A DNA stretch of 64,000 bases from Alphaproteobacteria bacterium (GTDB lineage: Bacteria > Pseudomonadota > Alphaproteobacteria > Bin95). Below are positions 22,276 to 31,947 of this stretch, piece by piece (the stretch's first letter is position 1; every line of letters begins with the position of its first letter). The stretch is taken from contig OZ219787.1 of NCBI GenBank assembly GCA_964291285.2, positions 1,664,001 to 1,728,000 of the forward strand, in the 5' to 3' direction. Position numbers and translations under genes: made by a program. The notes under the pieces were generated by a model. It did not search any database and was not told the origin of the DNA. It saw only the letters and a program-made list of their open reading frames with translations.

Positions 22276-23936
22276 GCCCCAACGAGCCGCCTGAAGCGCT
22301 CGACATCGTCTGGCCGCGCCTGATCGCCATCGCCGACGAGATGGCGACGACCATGTTCCGCACGGCGTTCTCCCACGATGTCGTCGAAGTGCATGACATG
22401 TCCACCGGGCTCTATGACGACCGGGGCTGCCTCATCGGCCAGACCTGGCTCGGCGCGACCGGGCATACCGGCGTGATGCCGGTTTACGGGCGGAACCTGC
22501 TGGAATATTTCCCGCCCGAGACGGTCCGGCCGGGCGACGTGTTCATCTGCAACGATCCCTGGATCTGCAACGGCCAGACGGCAGACGTCTTCATCACCAC
22601 GCCCGCCTTCCACGGCGGGCGGCTGATCGGCTTCTCCATCAACAGCGTCCACCATGTCGATATCGGCGGGCGCAAGGGTTCGGGCCTCAGCGAGGAGGTC
22701 TATGAAGAGGGGCTCATCATTCCGCCTCTCAGGCTCTATGACGACGGCGAGCCGAACGAGCAGCTCTTCCAGCTCCTCAGGCGCAATGTGCGCTTCGCGG
22801 AGAAGATGATCGGCGATTTGCGCGCCCAGGTGGCAGCGGGCTGGGCGGGCAGCCGCGAGCTGGAGCGGCTGGCGGCGGAGTTCGGCCTCGACTCGCTGCG
22901 CGGACATGCCGACGAGATCATGCGCCGTACGGAGGCCGGCATGCGGGCCGGGATCGCGGCGCTTCCCGACGGCGAATACCGCGAAGAGATGGAAATGGAG
23001 ATCGAGGGCATCGCGGAGCCGCAAACGCTCGCGGTGACGGTGCGGATCGAGGGAAGCGACATTTACGCGGATTTCACCGGCACTTCGGCGCAGGTGCGCC
23101 GGCCGGTCAACTGCCCCATCAACTACACCCGCGCCTATGTGGCGCTGCCGCTCAAGCTGGTGTGCGACCCGATCCTGCCGAACAACCAGGGGACCTATGA
23201 GCCGCTGCACCTGTCGGTGCCGGAAGGCACGCTGCTCAACCCGACCTTTCCTGCGGCCTGTTTCTGGCGGCTGTCGGCCGGGATGCTGGTCTCGGAGCTG
23301 ATGTTCCGGGTGCTGGCGCGGATCGCTCCGGACCGGGTGCCGGCGGATTCCGGCTCGATGCCGACATGGCAGTTCTATGTGAACGGCGTGCGTCCGGACG
23401 GCGAGGCGTTCGCGCTGCACCAGCATGCCTTCGGCGGCATGGGAGGCCGGCCGGGCGATGACGGGCTCCCCTCGGTGAGCTTTCCCTACAATGTGCGCGA
23501 CGTTTCCATCGAGTGGTCGGAGATGGAGACGCCCGTGCTCTACGAGGCGCGCGAGCTTATCCCGGACTCCGGCGGCGCGGGCGAGTTCCGGGGCGGTCTC
23601 GGCCAGGAGCTGGTGCTGAAGGCGTATCCCGGACGGGTGGGGGCGGGCGAGCCGCTGGTGCTGTCCGGATCGGCCGGGCGGATGCGCTTTCCGCCGCAGG
23701 GGCTGCTCGGCGGCAGGGACGGCTCTTTCGGCGCGATCGAGGTCAACGGCGAGGCGATTGCGCCGTCGAGCTCGCCGAACATCACCTTCCGCGAGGGCGA
23801 CACCGTGCGGCTCAGGCTGCCGGGCGGCGGCGGACACGGCGATCCCGCAAGCCGCCCGCGCGAGCGCGTCGAGGCGGACCTCCGGGCCGGCTATGTGACG
23901 CCCGAGGGCGCGCGGCGGGACTATGGCTACGAATAG
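22272..23936 (+). CDS. Hydantoinase B / oxoprolinase family subunit
   Basis: PGDVFICNDP, HHVDIGG, EEGL.IPP, DFTGTS, DSGGAG..RGG, PGGGGHGDP. Confidence 0.93.
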   Translation: MSPNEPPEALDIVWPRLIAIADEMATTMFRTAFSHDVVEVHDMSTGLYDDRGCLIGQTWLGATGHTGVMPVYGRNLLEYFPPETVRPGDVFICNDPWICNGQTADVFITTPAFHGGRLIGFSINSVHHVDIGGRKGSGLSEEVYEEGLIIPPLRLYDDGEPNEQLFQLLRRNVRFAEKMIGDLRAQVAAGWAGSRELERLAAEFGLDSLRGHADEIMRRTEAGMRAGIAALPDGEYREEMEMEIEGIAEPQTLAVTVRIEGSDIYADFTGTSAQVRRPVNCPINYTRAYVALPLKLVCDPILPNNQGTYEPLHLSVPEGTLLNPTFPAACFWRLSAGMLVSELMFRVLARIAPDRVPADSGSMPTWQFYVNGVRPDGEAFALHQHAFGGMGGRPGDDGLPSVSFPYNVRDVSIEWSEMETPVLYEARELIPDSGGAGEFRGGLGQELVLKAYPGRVGAGEPLVLSGSAGRMRFPPQGLLGGRDGSFGAIEVNGEAIAPSSSPNITFREGDTVRLRLPGGGGHGDPASRPRERVEADLRAGYVTPEGARRDYGYE

Positions 23937-23957
23937 GCCCGGCAGGCGAACACTGCC

Positions 23958-25013
23958 TCAGCCGCCTTCGGTCAGCTCCCCGGCATAGGCGAAGAGGAGC
24001 GGCTGGCCGCCGGTGTGGACGAAGACGACCGTCTCGCCGGCCCCCACAAGGCCGCGTTTCGCATAGTCGATGAGCCCGGCCATGGCCTTGCTTGTATAGA
24101 CCGGGTCCAGAAGGATGCCCTCGGTCTCTGCGGCAAGCCTGAGCGCGGCATGCGCCTCCGGCGTGAGCAGGCCGTAGGTCTCGCCGGCAAAGGACTCATC
24201 CGCAGCGAAATCGGCCGAGTCGATTGCCAGGTTGAGGCCGAGCGTCCGCGCGGTCGCCGTGGCGATGCGCGCGATGTCGAGCGCCCGCTCCTCCTGCCAG
24301 CGGATCGGGCTGATCGACGTCACCCGGGCCCGGCGGCCGAGCGCGCTGAGGCCGGTGACGAGGCCGGCCGGCGTGTTGTTGGCGCCCGCCACGAAGACAT
24401 GGTCGGGGTCGATCCCGACCTCGTCGAGCTGGGCATCGAGTTCGACCGCCATGTCCACATAGCCGAGCGCGGCGCGCACCTGCTGGTCGAGGCCGAAAGG
24501 GGCGATCACATAAGGACGGCGCCCGGCGGCCTCCAGTTCCCGGGCCTTCGCGTCGAGATGAGGCTGGATACCTTCCATCGACTCGATGTCGATCACCGTC
24601 ACGTCCGCGCCCATCAGGCTGTCGAGCAGCAGATTGCCCTGAAGCGCCGGCCCCTTGACGCCCTGCATCAGCACGAGGGAGACCGCGAGGCCATGCCGGC
24701 GCGCGGCCGCGGTGATCTGCCGGCACCAGTTGGACTGGGTATAAGCGCCGGCCACCACGGTGTCGGCGCCGGATTCGAGGATGTCGGCGAAGGTGAACTC
24801 GAGGTGGCGGGTCTTGTTGCCGCCGAAGGCCAGGCCCGTCAGGTCGTCCCGCTTGACGTAGAGGGCGCGCACGCCAAGCGCCCCGGCAAGCCGGGGGCAG
24901 GGGTCGAGCGGCGTCGGCAGGTGCCCGAGCCGGACGCGCGGCAGCGCCGCAATGCGGGCGGCGAGGTCGTCCCTCGTCATCGCTGCCCCGGCATGCGCCG
25001 TCGCCACCGCCAT
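23958..25013 (-). CDS. D-cysteine desulfhydrase / ACC deaminase family PLP enzyme
   Basis: PTPL, KRDD...GGNK, QSN, EGILLDPVYT.K, FVHTGG. Confidence 0.9.
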   Translation of the reverse strand: MAVATAHAGAAMTRDDLAARIAALPRVRLGHLPTPLDPCPRLAGALGVRALYVKRDDLTGLAFGGNKTRHLEFTFADILESGADTVVAGAYTQSNWCRQITAAARRHGLAVSLVLMQGVKGPALQGNLLLDSLMGADVTVIDIESMEGIQPHLDAKARELEAAGRRPYVIAPFGLDQQVRAALGYVDMAVELDAQLDEVGIDPDHVFVAGANNTPAGLVTGLSALGRRARVTSISPIRWQEERALDIARIATATARTLGLNLAIDSADFAADESFAGETYGLLTPEAHAALRLAAETEGILLDPVYTSKAMAGLIDYAKRGLVGAGETVVFVHTGGQPLLFAYAGELTEGG

Positions 25014-25136
25014 GTCGTCCTCCCCGCCGGCCTCGCATGTCATCCTATCGCTGGCGGGAAGCGCCCGGCAACCGCGCGTCGGGCAGGGCGGCAGCGAAGC
25101 GGCCGGCAGGGGCGGCATTCAGGCGTTTGAAAAGAT

Positions 25137-25213
25137 TGGTCGGAGTGGCAAGATTCGAACTTGCGGCCCCTGCCTCCCGAAGACAGTGCTCTACCAGGCT
25201 GAGCTACACTCCG
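25137..25213 (-). tRNA. tRNA-Pro(CGG)
   Basis: CGGAGTGTAGCTCAGCCTGGTAGAGC...TT-CGG-GA...GTTCGAATC...ACTCCGACCA; 77 nt with encoded CCA. Confidence 0.97.
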
Positions 25214-25227
25214 GCCGTGCGCCGGAG

Positions 25228-25256
25228 TGTATAGCGGCGGCGGGGGCCGAGTTCAA
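25228..25256 (-). promoter_or_regulatory. sigma70-like promoter of tRNA-Pro
   Basis: TTGAAC-17 nt-TATACA on the minus strand. Confidence 0.6.
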
Positions 25257-25304
25257 CGGGATTCGGCGGCCGGAAGCGCCGGAAATGCGGCTGAGAGGGA
25301 CGAC

Positions 25305-28300
25305 ATGAGCGGAGGCTGGCAGTTCTGGATCGACCGGGGCGGAACCTTCACCGACATCGTGGCCCGGGGGCCGGACGGCGGCTATGTCACCCGCAAGCTG
25401 CTCTCCGAAGCCCCGGAGCATTACGACGACGCAGCACTCCAGGGCATCCGCGACATCCTGGGCGCGGAAGGCGATGCGCCGATCCCGCCCGACCGCGTCG
25501 AGGCGGTGCGGATGGGCACCACGGTTGCGACCAACGCGCTGCTGGAGCGCAAGGGCGAACGCACCCTGCTGGTGGTGACGAGGGGCTTCGCCGACCAGCT
25601 CCGCATCGGCTACCAGAACCGCCCGCGCCTCTTCGACCTGCATATCCGGCTGCCGGAAATACTCTACGAGGCGGTCGTCGAGGCGGACGAGCGCATGGGG
25701 CCGCACGGCGAGACCGTGCAGCCGCTGGACGAGGAGAAGCTGGCGGAGGACCTCGTGCGGGCGCACGGCGAGGGCTTCCGGGCGGTCGCCATCTGCCTGA
25801 TGCACGGCTACCGCCACACCGCCCACGAGGCCGCCGCGGAAGAGGTCGCGCGGCGCGCCGGCTTCGAGCAGGTCTCGGTCAGCCACAAGGTCTCACCGCT
25901 GATGAAGTTCGTCTCGCGCGGCGACACCACGGTGGTGGACGCCTATCTCTCGCCGATCCTGCGCCGCCATGTGGAGCGCATGGCAGCGGCGCTCGGGGGC
26001 GCGCGGCTGCTCTTCATGCAATCCAATGGCGGGCTGGTGGATGCGCGCCGCTTCCAGGGCAAGGATGCGATCCTCTCCGGCCCGGCGGGCGGCATCGTCG
26101 GCGCGGTCGAGACCGCGCGGGCGGCGGGCTTCGAGCGCATTATCGGCTTCGACATGGGCGGCACCTCGACCGATGTCTCGCATTATGCCGGCAGCTATGA
26201 GCGCGCCTTCGAGACCGAGGTCGCCGGCGTGCGGATGCGCGCGCCGATGCTGGACATCCACACCGTCGCCGCCGGCGGCGGCTCGATCCTGCATTTCGAC
26301 GGGCGGCGCTTCCGGGTCGGCCCCGACAGCGCAGGCGCGGACCCCGGCCCCGCCTGCTACCGGCGCGGCGGCCCGCTGACGGTCACCGACTGCAACCTCA
26401 TGCTCGGCCGGCTGCTGCCGGAGTTTTTCCCGCGGATTTTCGGCCCCGGCCGCGACGAGCCGCTCGACGTCGGGACCGTGCGCCGCGAGTTCGCCGCGCT
26501 TGCGGAGCGGATCGGCGACGGACGCACGCCGGAAGCGGTGGCCGAAGGCTTCCTGCGCATTGCGGTCGAGAACATGGCCAACGCCATCAAGCGCATCTCC
26601 ATCGAGCGCGGCCACGACGTCACCGACTATGCGCTCAACTGCTTCGGCGGGGCAGGCGGCCAGCATGCCTGCGCGGTGGCCGATGCGCTTGGCATCGAGA
26701 CGGTGCTGATCCACCCCTTTGCGGGCGTGCTCTCCGCCTACGGCATGGGCCTCGCCGACATCAGGGTGCTGCGTGAGACGGCGGTCGAGGCGCCGCTGTC
26801 CGGCATCGCCGAGGCGGAAGCGGCGTTCGAGCGGCTGGAAGCGCTCGCGCGGGACGAGATGGCGGCCCAGGGCGTGCCGCCCGAGCGAATCGAGGCCTTT
26901 CGCCGGCTCCACGTGCGCTATGACGGCACCGACTCCCCGCTGACCGTGCCGTTCGGCCCGGAAGCGGAGGTACAGGCGGCGTTCGAGGACCAGCACCGGC
27001 AGCGGTTCGGCTTCGTCTCGGAGACCAAGGGGCTCGTCATCGAGGCGGCGGCGCTCGAACTTGTGGGCCACACCGACAGGGCAGGGGAACCCGCCATTGC
27101 CGGAGGCGGCGAGCCGGCTCCGGCGGCGGAGACCCGGTTGTTCGCCGACGGCCGGATGCAGGAGGCCGCCGTTCATGTCCGGGCGAAGCTCGGCTCCGGA
27201 AGCCGCGTGGCCGGTCCGGCGGTGATCGTGGAGGACACGGCGACCACCGTCGTCGAGCCGGACTGGGAGGCCCGGCTGACGGAGAGCGGCAACCTGCTGC
27301 TGCGGCGCGTCCGGCCGCTCGCGCGCAAGGCGCCGTCGGGCACGGAGGCCGACCCCGTGCTGCTCGAAGTGTTCAACAACATGTACATGTCGGCGGCGGA
27401 GCAGATGGGCGCCACCCTGGCGGCGACCGCCTCGTCGGTGAACATCAAGGAGCGGCTCGACTTCTCCTGCGCCATATTCGACCCCGACGGCGAGCTGGTG
27501 GCCAACGCGCCGCATATCCCGGTGCATCTCGGCTCCATGTCGGAATCCGTGCAGTCGATCATCCGCTCCCGCGCCGGGACGATGGAGCCGGGCGACGTGT
27601 TCATGCTGAACGCGCCCTACAATGGCGGCACGCACCTGCCCGACGTGACGCTCATCACGCCGGTGTTCGCGCCCGGCGGCGGCGCCATCTGGTTCTATGT
27701 CGCGAGCCGCGGCCACCATGCCGATATCGGCGGCATCACGCCGGGCTCCATGCCGCCCGACAGCCGCCATATCGAGCAGGAGGGCGTGCTGTTCGACGAT
27801 GTGCGGGCGGTGCGCGGCGGGCGTTTCCTCGAAGACGAGGTGCTGGCGATGCTGGAGGGCGCGCGCTATCCGGCGCGCAACCCGGCCGAGAACCTCGCCG
27901 ACTTCCGCGCCCAGATTGCCGCGAACCAGAAGGGCGTGGAGGAGCTGCACAAGATGGTGGCGCATTTCGGGCTGGATACCGTCCAGGCCTATATGCGCCA
28001 CGTGCGCGACAATGCCGAGGAGAGCGTGCGCCGGGTGCTGGACGCGCTCCGGCCCGGCAGCTTCGAGATCGAGACCGACCAGGGCTGGCGGATTGCGGTG
28101 GACGTTTCCATCGACAGGGAAGCGCGCCGGGCTGTGCTCGACTTCTCGCGCTCATCCGACCAGGTGGACGGCAATTTCAACGCGCCGACGGCCGTGTGCA
28201 TGGCGGCGGTGCTCTACGTCTTCCGCTGCCTCTGCGGGGTCGATATCCCGCTCAATGCCGGCTGCCTGAAGCCGCTGGACATTCGCGTGAAGGAGCCGTC

Positions 28301-28883
28301 GATTCTGCGGCCCCACTATCCCGCCGCGGTGGTGGCCGGCAATGTCGAGACCTCGCAATACATCACCGACACGCTGTTCGGCGCGCTGAACGCCGTGGCC
28401 GAGTCCCAGGGGACGGTCAACAATTTCACCTTCGGCAATGCGCGCTACCAGTATTACGAGACCATCTGCGGCGGCTCCGGGGCGGGCGACGGCTTCGACG
28501 GGGCGCATGCCGTGCATGTCCACATGACCAACACGCGCCTCACCGACCCGGAAATCCTGGAATGGCGCTACCCGGTGCGCCTGGAGAGCTTCGAGATCAG
28601 GCGGGGAAGCGGCGGCGGAGGACGCTGGCGGGGCGGGGACGGCGTCCGCCGCCGGGTCCGCTTCCTGGAGCCCATGACGGCCGCAATCCTCTCCAGCCAC
28701 CGCCGCGTGCCGCCCTACGGCCTCGCCGGCGGCGAGAGCGGCGCGCCGGGCCGCAACAGCGTCGTCAGGACGGACGGCAGCGTGGAAACCCTGCTCGGCG
28801 CCGACCGCACGGAAATGAACACCGGCGACATCTTCATCATAGAGACGCCGGGCGGCGGCGGCTGGGGCGCGGCGGAGGGGTAA
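25305..28883 (+). CDS. 5-oxoprolinase (ATP-hydrolysing), fused hydantoinase A+B type
   Basis: [68 protein letters not shown]. Confidence 0.95.
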   Translation: MSGGWQFWIDRGGTFTDIVARGPDGGYVTRKLLSEAPEHYDDAALQGIRDILGAEGDAPIPPDRVEAVRMGTTVATNALLERKGERTLLVVTRGFADQLRIGYQNRPRLFDLHIRLPEILYEAVVEADERMGPHGETVQPLDEEKLAEDLVRAHGEGFRAVAICLMHGYRHTAHEAAAEEVARRAGFEQVSVSHKVSPLMKFVSRGDTTVVDAYLSPILRRHVERMAAALGGARLLFMQSNGGLVDARRFQGKDAILSGPAGGIVGAVETARAAGFERIIGFDMGGTSTDVSHYAGSYERAFETEVAGVRMRAPMLDIHTVAAGGGSILHFDGRRFRVGPDSAGADPGPACYRRGGPLTVTDCNLMLGRLLPEFFPRIFGPGRDEPLDVGTVRREFAALAERIGDGRTPEAVAEGFLRIAVENMANAIKRISIERGHDVTDYALNCFGGAGGQHACAVADALGIETVLIHPFAGVLSAYGMGLADIRVLRETAVEAPLSGIAEAEAAFERLEALARDEMAAQGVPPERIEAFRRLHVRYDGTDSPLTVPFGPEAEVQAAFEDQHRQRFGFVSETKGLVIEAAALELVGHTDRAGEPAIAGGGEPAPAAETRLFADGRMQEAAVHVRAKLGSGSRVAGPAVIVEDTATTVVEPDWEARLTESGNLLLRRVRPLARKAPSGTEADPVLLEVFNNMYMSAAEQMGATLAATASSVNIKERLDFSCAIFDPDGELVANAPHIPVHLGSMSESVQSIIRSRAGTMEPGDVFMLNAPYNGGTHLPDVTLITPVFAPGGGAIWFYVASRGHHADIGGITPGSMPPDSRHIEQEGVLFDDVRAVRGGRFLEDEVLAMLEGARYPARNPAENLADFRAQIAANQKGVEELHKMVAHFGLDTVQAYMRHVRDNAEESVRRVLDALRPGSFEIETDQGWRIAVDVSIDREARRAVLDFSRSSDQVDGNFNAPTAVCMAAVLYVFRCLCGVDIPLNAGCLKPLDIRVKEPSILRPHYPAAVVAGNVETSQYITDTLFGALNAVAESQGTVNNFTFGNARYQYYETICGGSGAGDGFDGAHAVHVHMTNTRLTDPEILEWRYPVRLESFEIRRGSGGGGRWRGGDGVRRRVRFLEPMTAAILSSHRRVPPYGLAGGESGAPGRNSVVRTDGSVETLLGADRTEMNTGDIFIIETPGGGGWGAAEG

Positions 28884-28979
28884 GGCAGCCGAGATGATTC
28901 TGTAGCCAAACCAAAGACCCAACGTGACCTAAAGCTTCACCCATAAACGGTTGTAGGAACATACAGAAAGCGAACTTCA

Positions 28980-29918
28980 ATGCGTGTGTCCGATATAATG
29001 AAGCCCGATGGGCGGGTGTTTCTGAAGAGTGAATGGGGCCAGATAAGTGACGAGTGGCCTTGCCTTTCCTTTACTAAACGATCCGTCGGAGATCGGCTTC
29101 GGCGCGAGTTTGTTGCTGGAAGGGATGTGCTTATCTACGTTGGAACCACTAATGCTGAGATGACCCGGCTACCAGAGCATCGCAGCCGCCTCATCTCCGC
29201 TGTCGTTATTGAGCCGAAGCAGATACTCGAGACCAGAAAAATCGTTCCCCCAGAAGTTTGGCAAAGATCAAAAGCTCAATGGGCGGAGCGTTGGCCACAT
29301 TCCATGGCCGTCACCGAGGCCAACAATATTATCGGCCCGCCTTTTCCGGGGGCCCGCGACGTCATTCCGGTGGCTTATAGGTCGTTTGCGGAATTCGCTA
29401 ATAGGGGCAATGTTGTCGAAGCGCATGGCGAAGAACGAGAAGCGGTGCTGGAATTACCGATAGAACCCCTCGAACTGAACATTAGCGAGGATGTACGTGC
29501 GTACTTGGAACTTAGGAAGAGTGTTTCTCCAGAGGTTGATATGTCGATTAGACGCGAAGCGCTTAGGATGGCAGAACTTATCATCGAGCGTGTGAATCGT
29601 GGCGATGAGAAAAATATCCGAATTAATCCTCTGCGAACCGCACCGAACCTTTCCGATTTGAATGCACTTCTGATTCGAAAATGGAACGAGCAAGCAGGAG
29701 TTTGTATGCTCTGTGGTGGTAATTTGGTAACCGGTTGCTCTAACAAAATGTTGCAGCCTTCTGCGGATCGAGTTGACAGCGCTAATGGTGCATATGATGA
29801 TGAGAATGTTTGGATAACACATCTCGCTTGTAATTTAGCCAAGAACAAATACAGCCTAGAGGACTTTTCCAACTGGTTGTCTGTTGTCCGAGGAGACGCC
29901 TCCGAGCAAGACGAATAA
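28980..29918 (+). CDS. Putative HNH endonuclease with uncharacterised N-terminal domain
   Basis: C-terminal EQAGVCMLCG...SADRVDS..GAY...NVWITHLACNLAKN; GC about 44% (80/180 hand count, 29641-29820). Confidence 0.75.
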   Translation: MRVSDIMKPDGRVFLKSEWGQISDEWPCLSFTKRSVGDRLRREFVAGRDVLIYVGTTNAEMTRLPEHRSRLISAVVIEPKQILETRKIVPPEVWQRSKAQWAERWPHSMAVTEANNIIGPPFPGARDVIPVAYRSFAEFANRGNVVEAHGEEREAVLELPIEPLELNISEDVRAYLELRKSVSPEVDMSIRREALRMAELIIERVNRGDEKNIRINPLRTAPNLSDLNALLIRKWNEQAGVCMLCGGNLVTGCSNKMLQPSADRVDSANGAYDDENVWITHLACNLAKNKYSLEDFSNWLSVVRGDASEQDE

Positions 29919-30010
29919 TCCCGTTTTCGCCTGTGTCTGAAAATGGGGGCGTGATCTCGATTGGCGACGAAGGGACCTGCGTCAAACGGTTTTACGCAAA
30001 GAGCTTGCAA

Positions 30011-30222
30011 GAGCCGATGGCGGCAGTCCCTTCCAGCCACCGTCAAGTGCCGCCCTACGGTCTGGCGGGCGAGGAGAGTAGCGGGTTGGGGCGCAACAGC
30101 GTACTCTGCACCGACGGCAGCACCGAGGTCCTGCTCGGCGCCGACCGCACGGAAATGAACACCGGCGACATCTTCATCATAGAGACGCCGGCGGCGGCGG
30201 CTGGGGATCGGTGGAGGAATGA
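30011..30222 (+). pseudogene. Duplicated 3' fragment of the 5-oxoprolinase gene
   Basis: Homologous to 28668-28883. 30130-30191 is identical to 28790-28851, followed by a 1-nt deletion; the upstream part is diverged. Confidence 0.92.
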
Positions 30223-30286
30223 AGGGCGGCGTGTCAGCCGCTCCGATCCCTATTGAGGAGTGGACGAAATGGAAGAATGCACCTAA

Positions 30287-30386
30287 ATGAGCAGAAAATG
30301 GCAAAAATGCATGGAAATGAGCAGGAAATGATAAGAACGAGCAGAAAATGGCAAAAATGCACGGGAATGAGCAGGAAGTAATTTAT
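30287..30386 (+). repeat. Imperfect 50-bp tandem direct repeat upstream of the Fic gene
   Basis: GAGCAGAAAATGGCAAAAATGCA at 30289 and 30339; AYGAGCAGRAA at 30287, 30317, 30337, 30367. Confidence 0.9.
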
Positions 30387-30408
30387 CTTGAACAGCATAA
30401 CACGCGAA

Positions 30409-31926
30409 ATGACCGATTTGCACGGCCGCGCATTGCCGGAACCGGCGGAGCCGGCTGGTTATTCGTGGCTGATCGACCGTTACGATCTCAATCTCCCCTT
30501 GCCTCCGCGACTATTCGCAATTGCCCGGCGCGACCACCCGCACTCGACGACCGACTGGTTGTTGTTGCCGCCCCCCCGCCGCCCTCAACCGACGCTGGCG
30601 GAGCATCTGGCGTTCGCCCTCCGGCGGGAAGGAATCGACCTTGCCGTGCTTGACGCCCTGTTTGCAGTCCTACCCGCCGGGGAGGTAGCGGCCGCGGTGC
30701 GCGCGCAGCCGGCCGGGGCGTTATCCCGCCGGCTCTGGTTCATCTACGAGTGGCTGACCGGCGAGCGGCTCGACCTGCCGGACGACAGCGCGGCGCGTTA
30801 TGTCCCGGCCGTGGACACGCGCCTGCAGTTTGCCCTCGAGGGTGGCGAGCGGTCGCGCCGCCACAAGGTGTTGGACAACCTGCCCGGTACGCCCGCCTTC
30901 TGCCCGATGGTGCGGCGCACGCCGGCGCTGGATGCGGCCCGCACCCTGCAACTCGACGCGCGCGCTCGCGACACCGCTGGCCGGGTGCATCCGGACCTGA
31001 TGGCGCGCGCGGCATCGTTCCTGCTGCTCAACGATACGAAGTCGTCCTTCGCCATTGAGGGCGAGCGGCCGTCGAATGTCCGCGCCGCCAAGTGGGGCCG
31101 GGCCATTGCCGAGGCCGGCCGGCGGGCGCCCGACCGCGCGGAACTGGAGCGCCTCCAGCGCATCGTCATCGAGGATGCGCGTTTCGTGCGGCTCGGCCTT
31201 CGCGACGAAGGCGGCTTCGTGGGGCTGCACGACCGGATCGACGGCTCGCCGCTGCCGGACCATGTCAGCGCCCGTCCGCAGGATTTGCCGGGATTGGTGG
31301 AAGGCATCGCCGCTTACTGCGCCCGCGCAGTCGCGGGCGGGTTGGACCCCGTGGTTGCGGCCGCGGCCGCGGCGTTCGGTTTCGTCTATGTCCATCCGTT
31401 CGAGGACGGCAACGGCCGTATCCACCGCTGGCTGATCCACCATGTGCTGGCGGCGGCGGGCTACACCCCGCCCGGAGTCGTGTTCCCGGTCAGCGCCGCT
31501 ATCCTGGAGCGCATCGAAGACTACCGCCGGGTGCTCGAAGCCCGCTCGTCCGCCCTGTTGCCCTTCATCGACTGGCGGGCGGCGGAGGGCGGCAATGTCG
31601 AGGTGCTGAACGACACGGCCGCCTTCTACCGCTATTTCGACGCGACGGCCCACGCCGAGTTCCTCTACGAGTGCATCGAACGGACGGTGGAAGAGGACCT
31701 GCCGCGCGAAATCCGCTTCCTCACCGCCTTCGACCGCTTCGCCGCCGGCGTGAAGGAGATAGCGGACATGCCGGACCGCCGGATGGAGCTGCTGCGCGGT
31801 TTCCTGGAGCAGAACCGCGGCAGGCTTTCGACGCGCGCCCGCAGCCGCGAGTTCGCCGCCCTGACCGACGAAGAGGCCGCCCGCGTCGAGCGGCTTTACG
31901 CGGAGAGCTTCGGGGAGGAGCCGTAA
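30409..31926 (+). CDS. Fic-family protein
   Basis: HPFEDGNGRIHR catalytic motif; SSFAIEGE helix; alternative TTG start at 30388. Confidence 0.92.
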   Translation: MTDLHGRALPEPAEPAGYSWLIDRYDLNLPLPPRLFAIARRDHPHSTTDWLLLPPPRRPQPTLAEHLAFALRREGIDLAVLDALFAVLPAGEVAAAVRAQPAGALSRRLWFIYEWLTGERLDLPDDSAARYVPAVDTRLQFALEGGERSRRHKVLDNLPGTPAFCPMVRRTPALDAARTLQLDARARDTAGRVHPDLMARAASFLLLNDTKSSFAIEGERPSNVRAAKWGRAIAEAGRRAPDRAELERLQRIVIEDARFVRLGLRDEGGFVGLHDRIDGSPLPDHVSARPQDLPGLVEGIAAYCARAVAGGLDPVVAAAAAAFGFVYVHPFEDGNGRIHRWLIHHVLAAAGYTPPGVVFPVSAAILERIEDYRRVLEARSSALLPFIDWRAAEGGNVEVLNDTAAFYRYFDATAHAEFLYECIERTVEEDLPREIRFLTAFDRFAAGVKEIADMPDRRMELLRGFLEQNRGRLSTRARSREFAALTDEEAARVERLYAESFGEEP

Positions 31927-31947
31927 TCCCCTCCCGGCGGCCTCTCG

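Noticed and set aside
25137-25213. tRNA-Pro as attachment site of an integrated island
   Set aside because: No integrase and no duplicated tRNA 3' end were found in the window. Flanking genes have host-like composition.
28668-30222. Oxoprolinase tail duplication as a DGR template/variable repeat pair
   Set aside because: Differences are not confined to adenines, indels are present, and there is no reverse transcriptase gene nearby.
29933-30256. 107-aa ORF as an independent gene
   Set aside because: It is the degraded, frameshifted duplicate of the oxoprolinase C-terminus.
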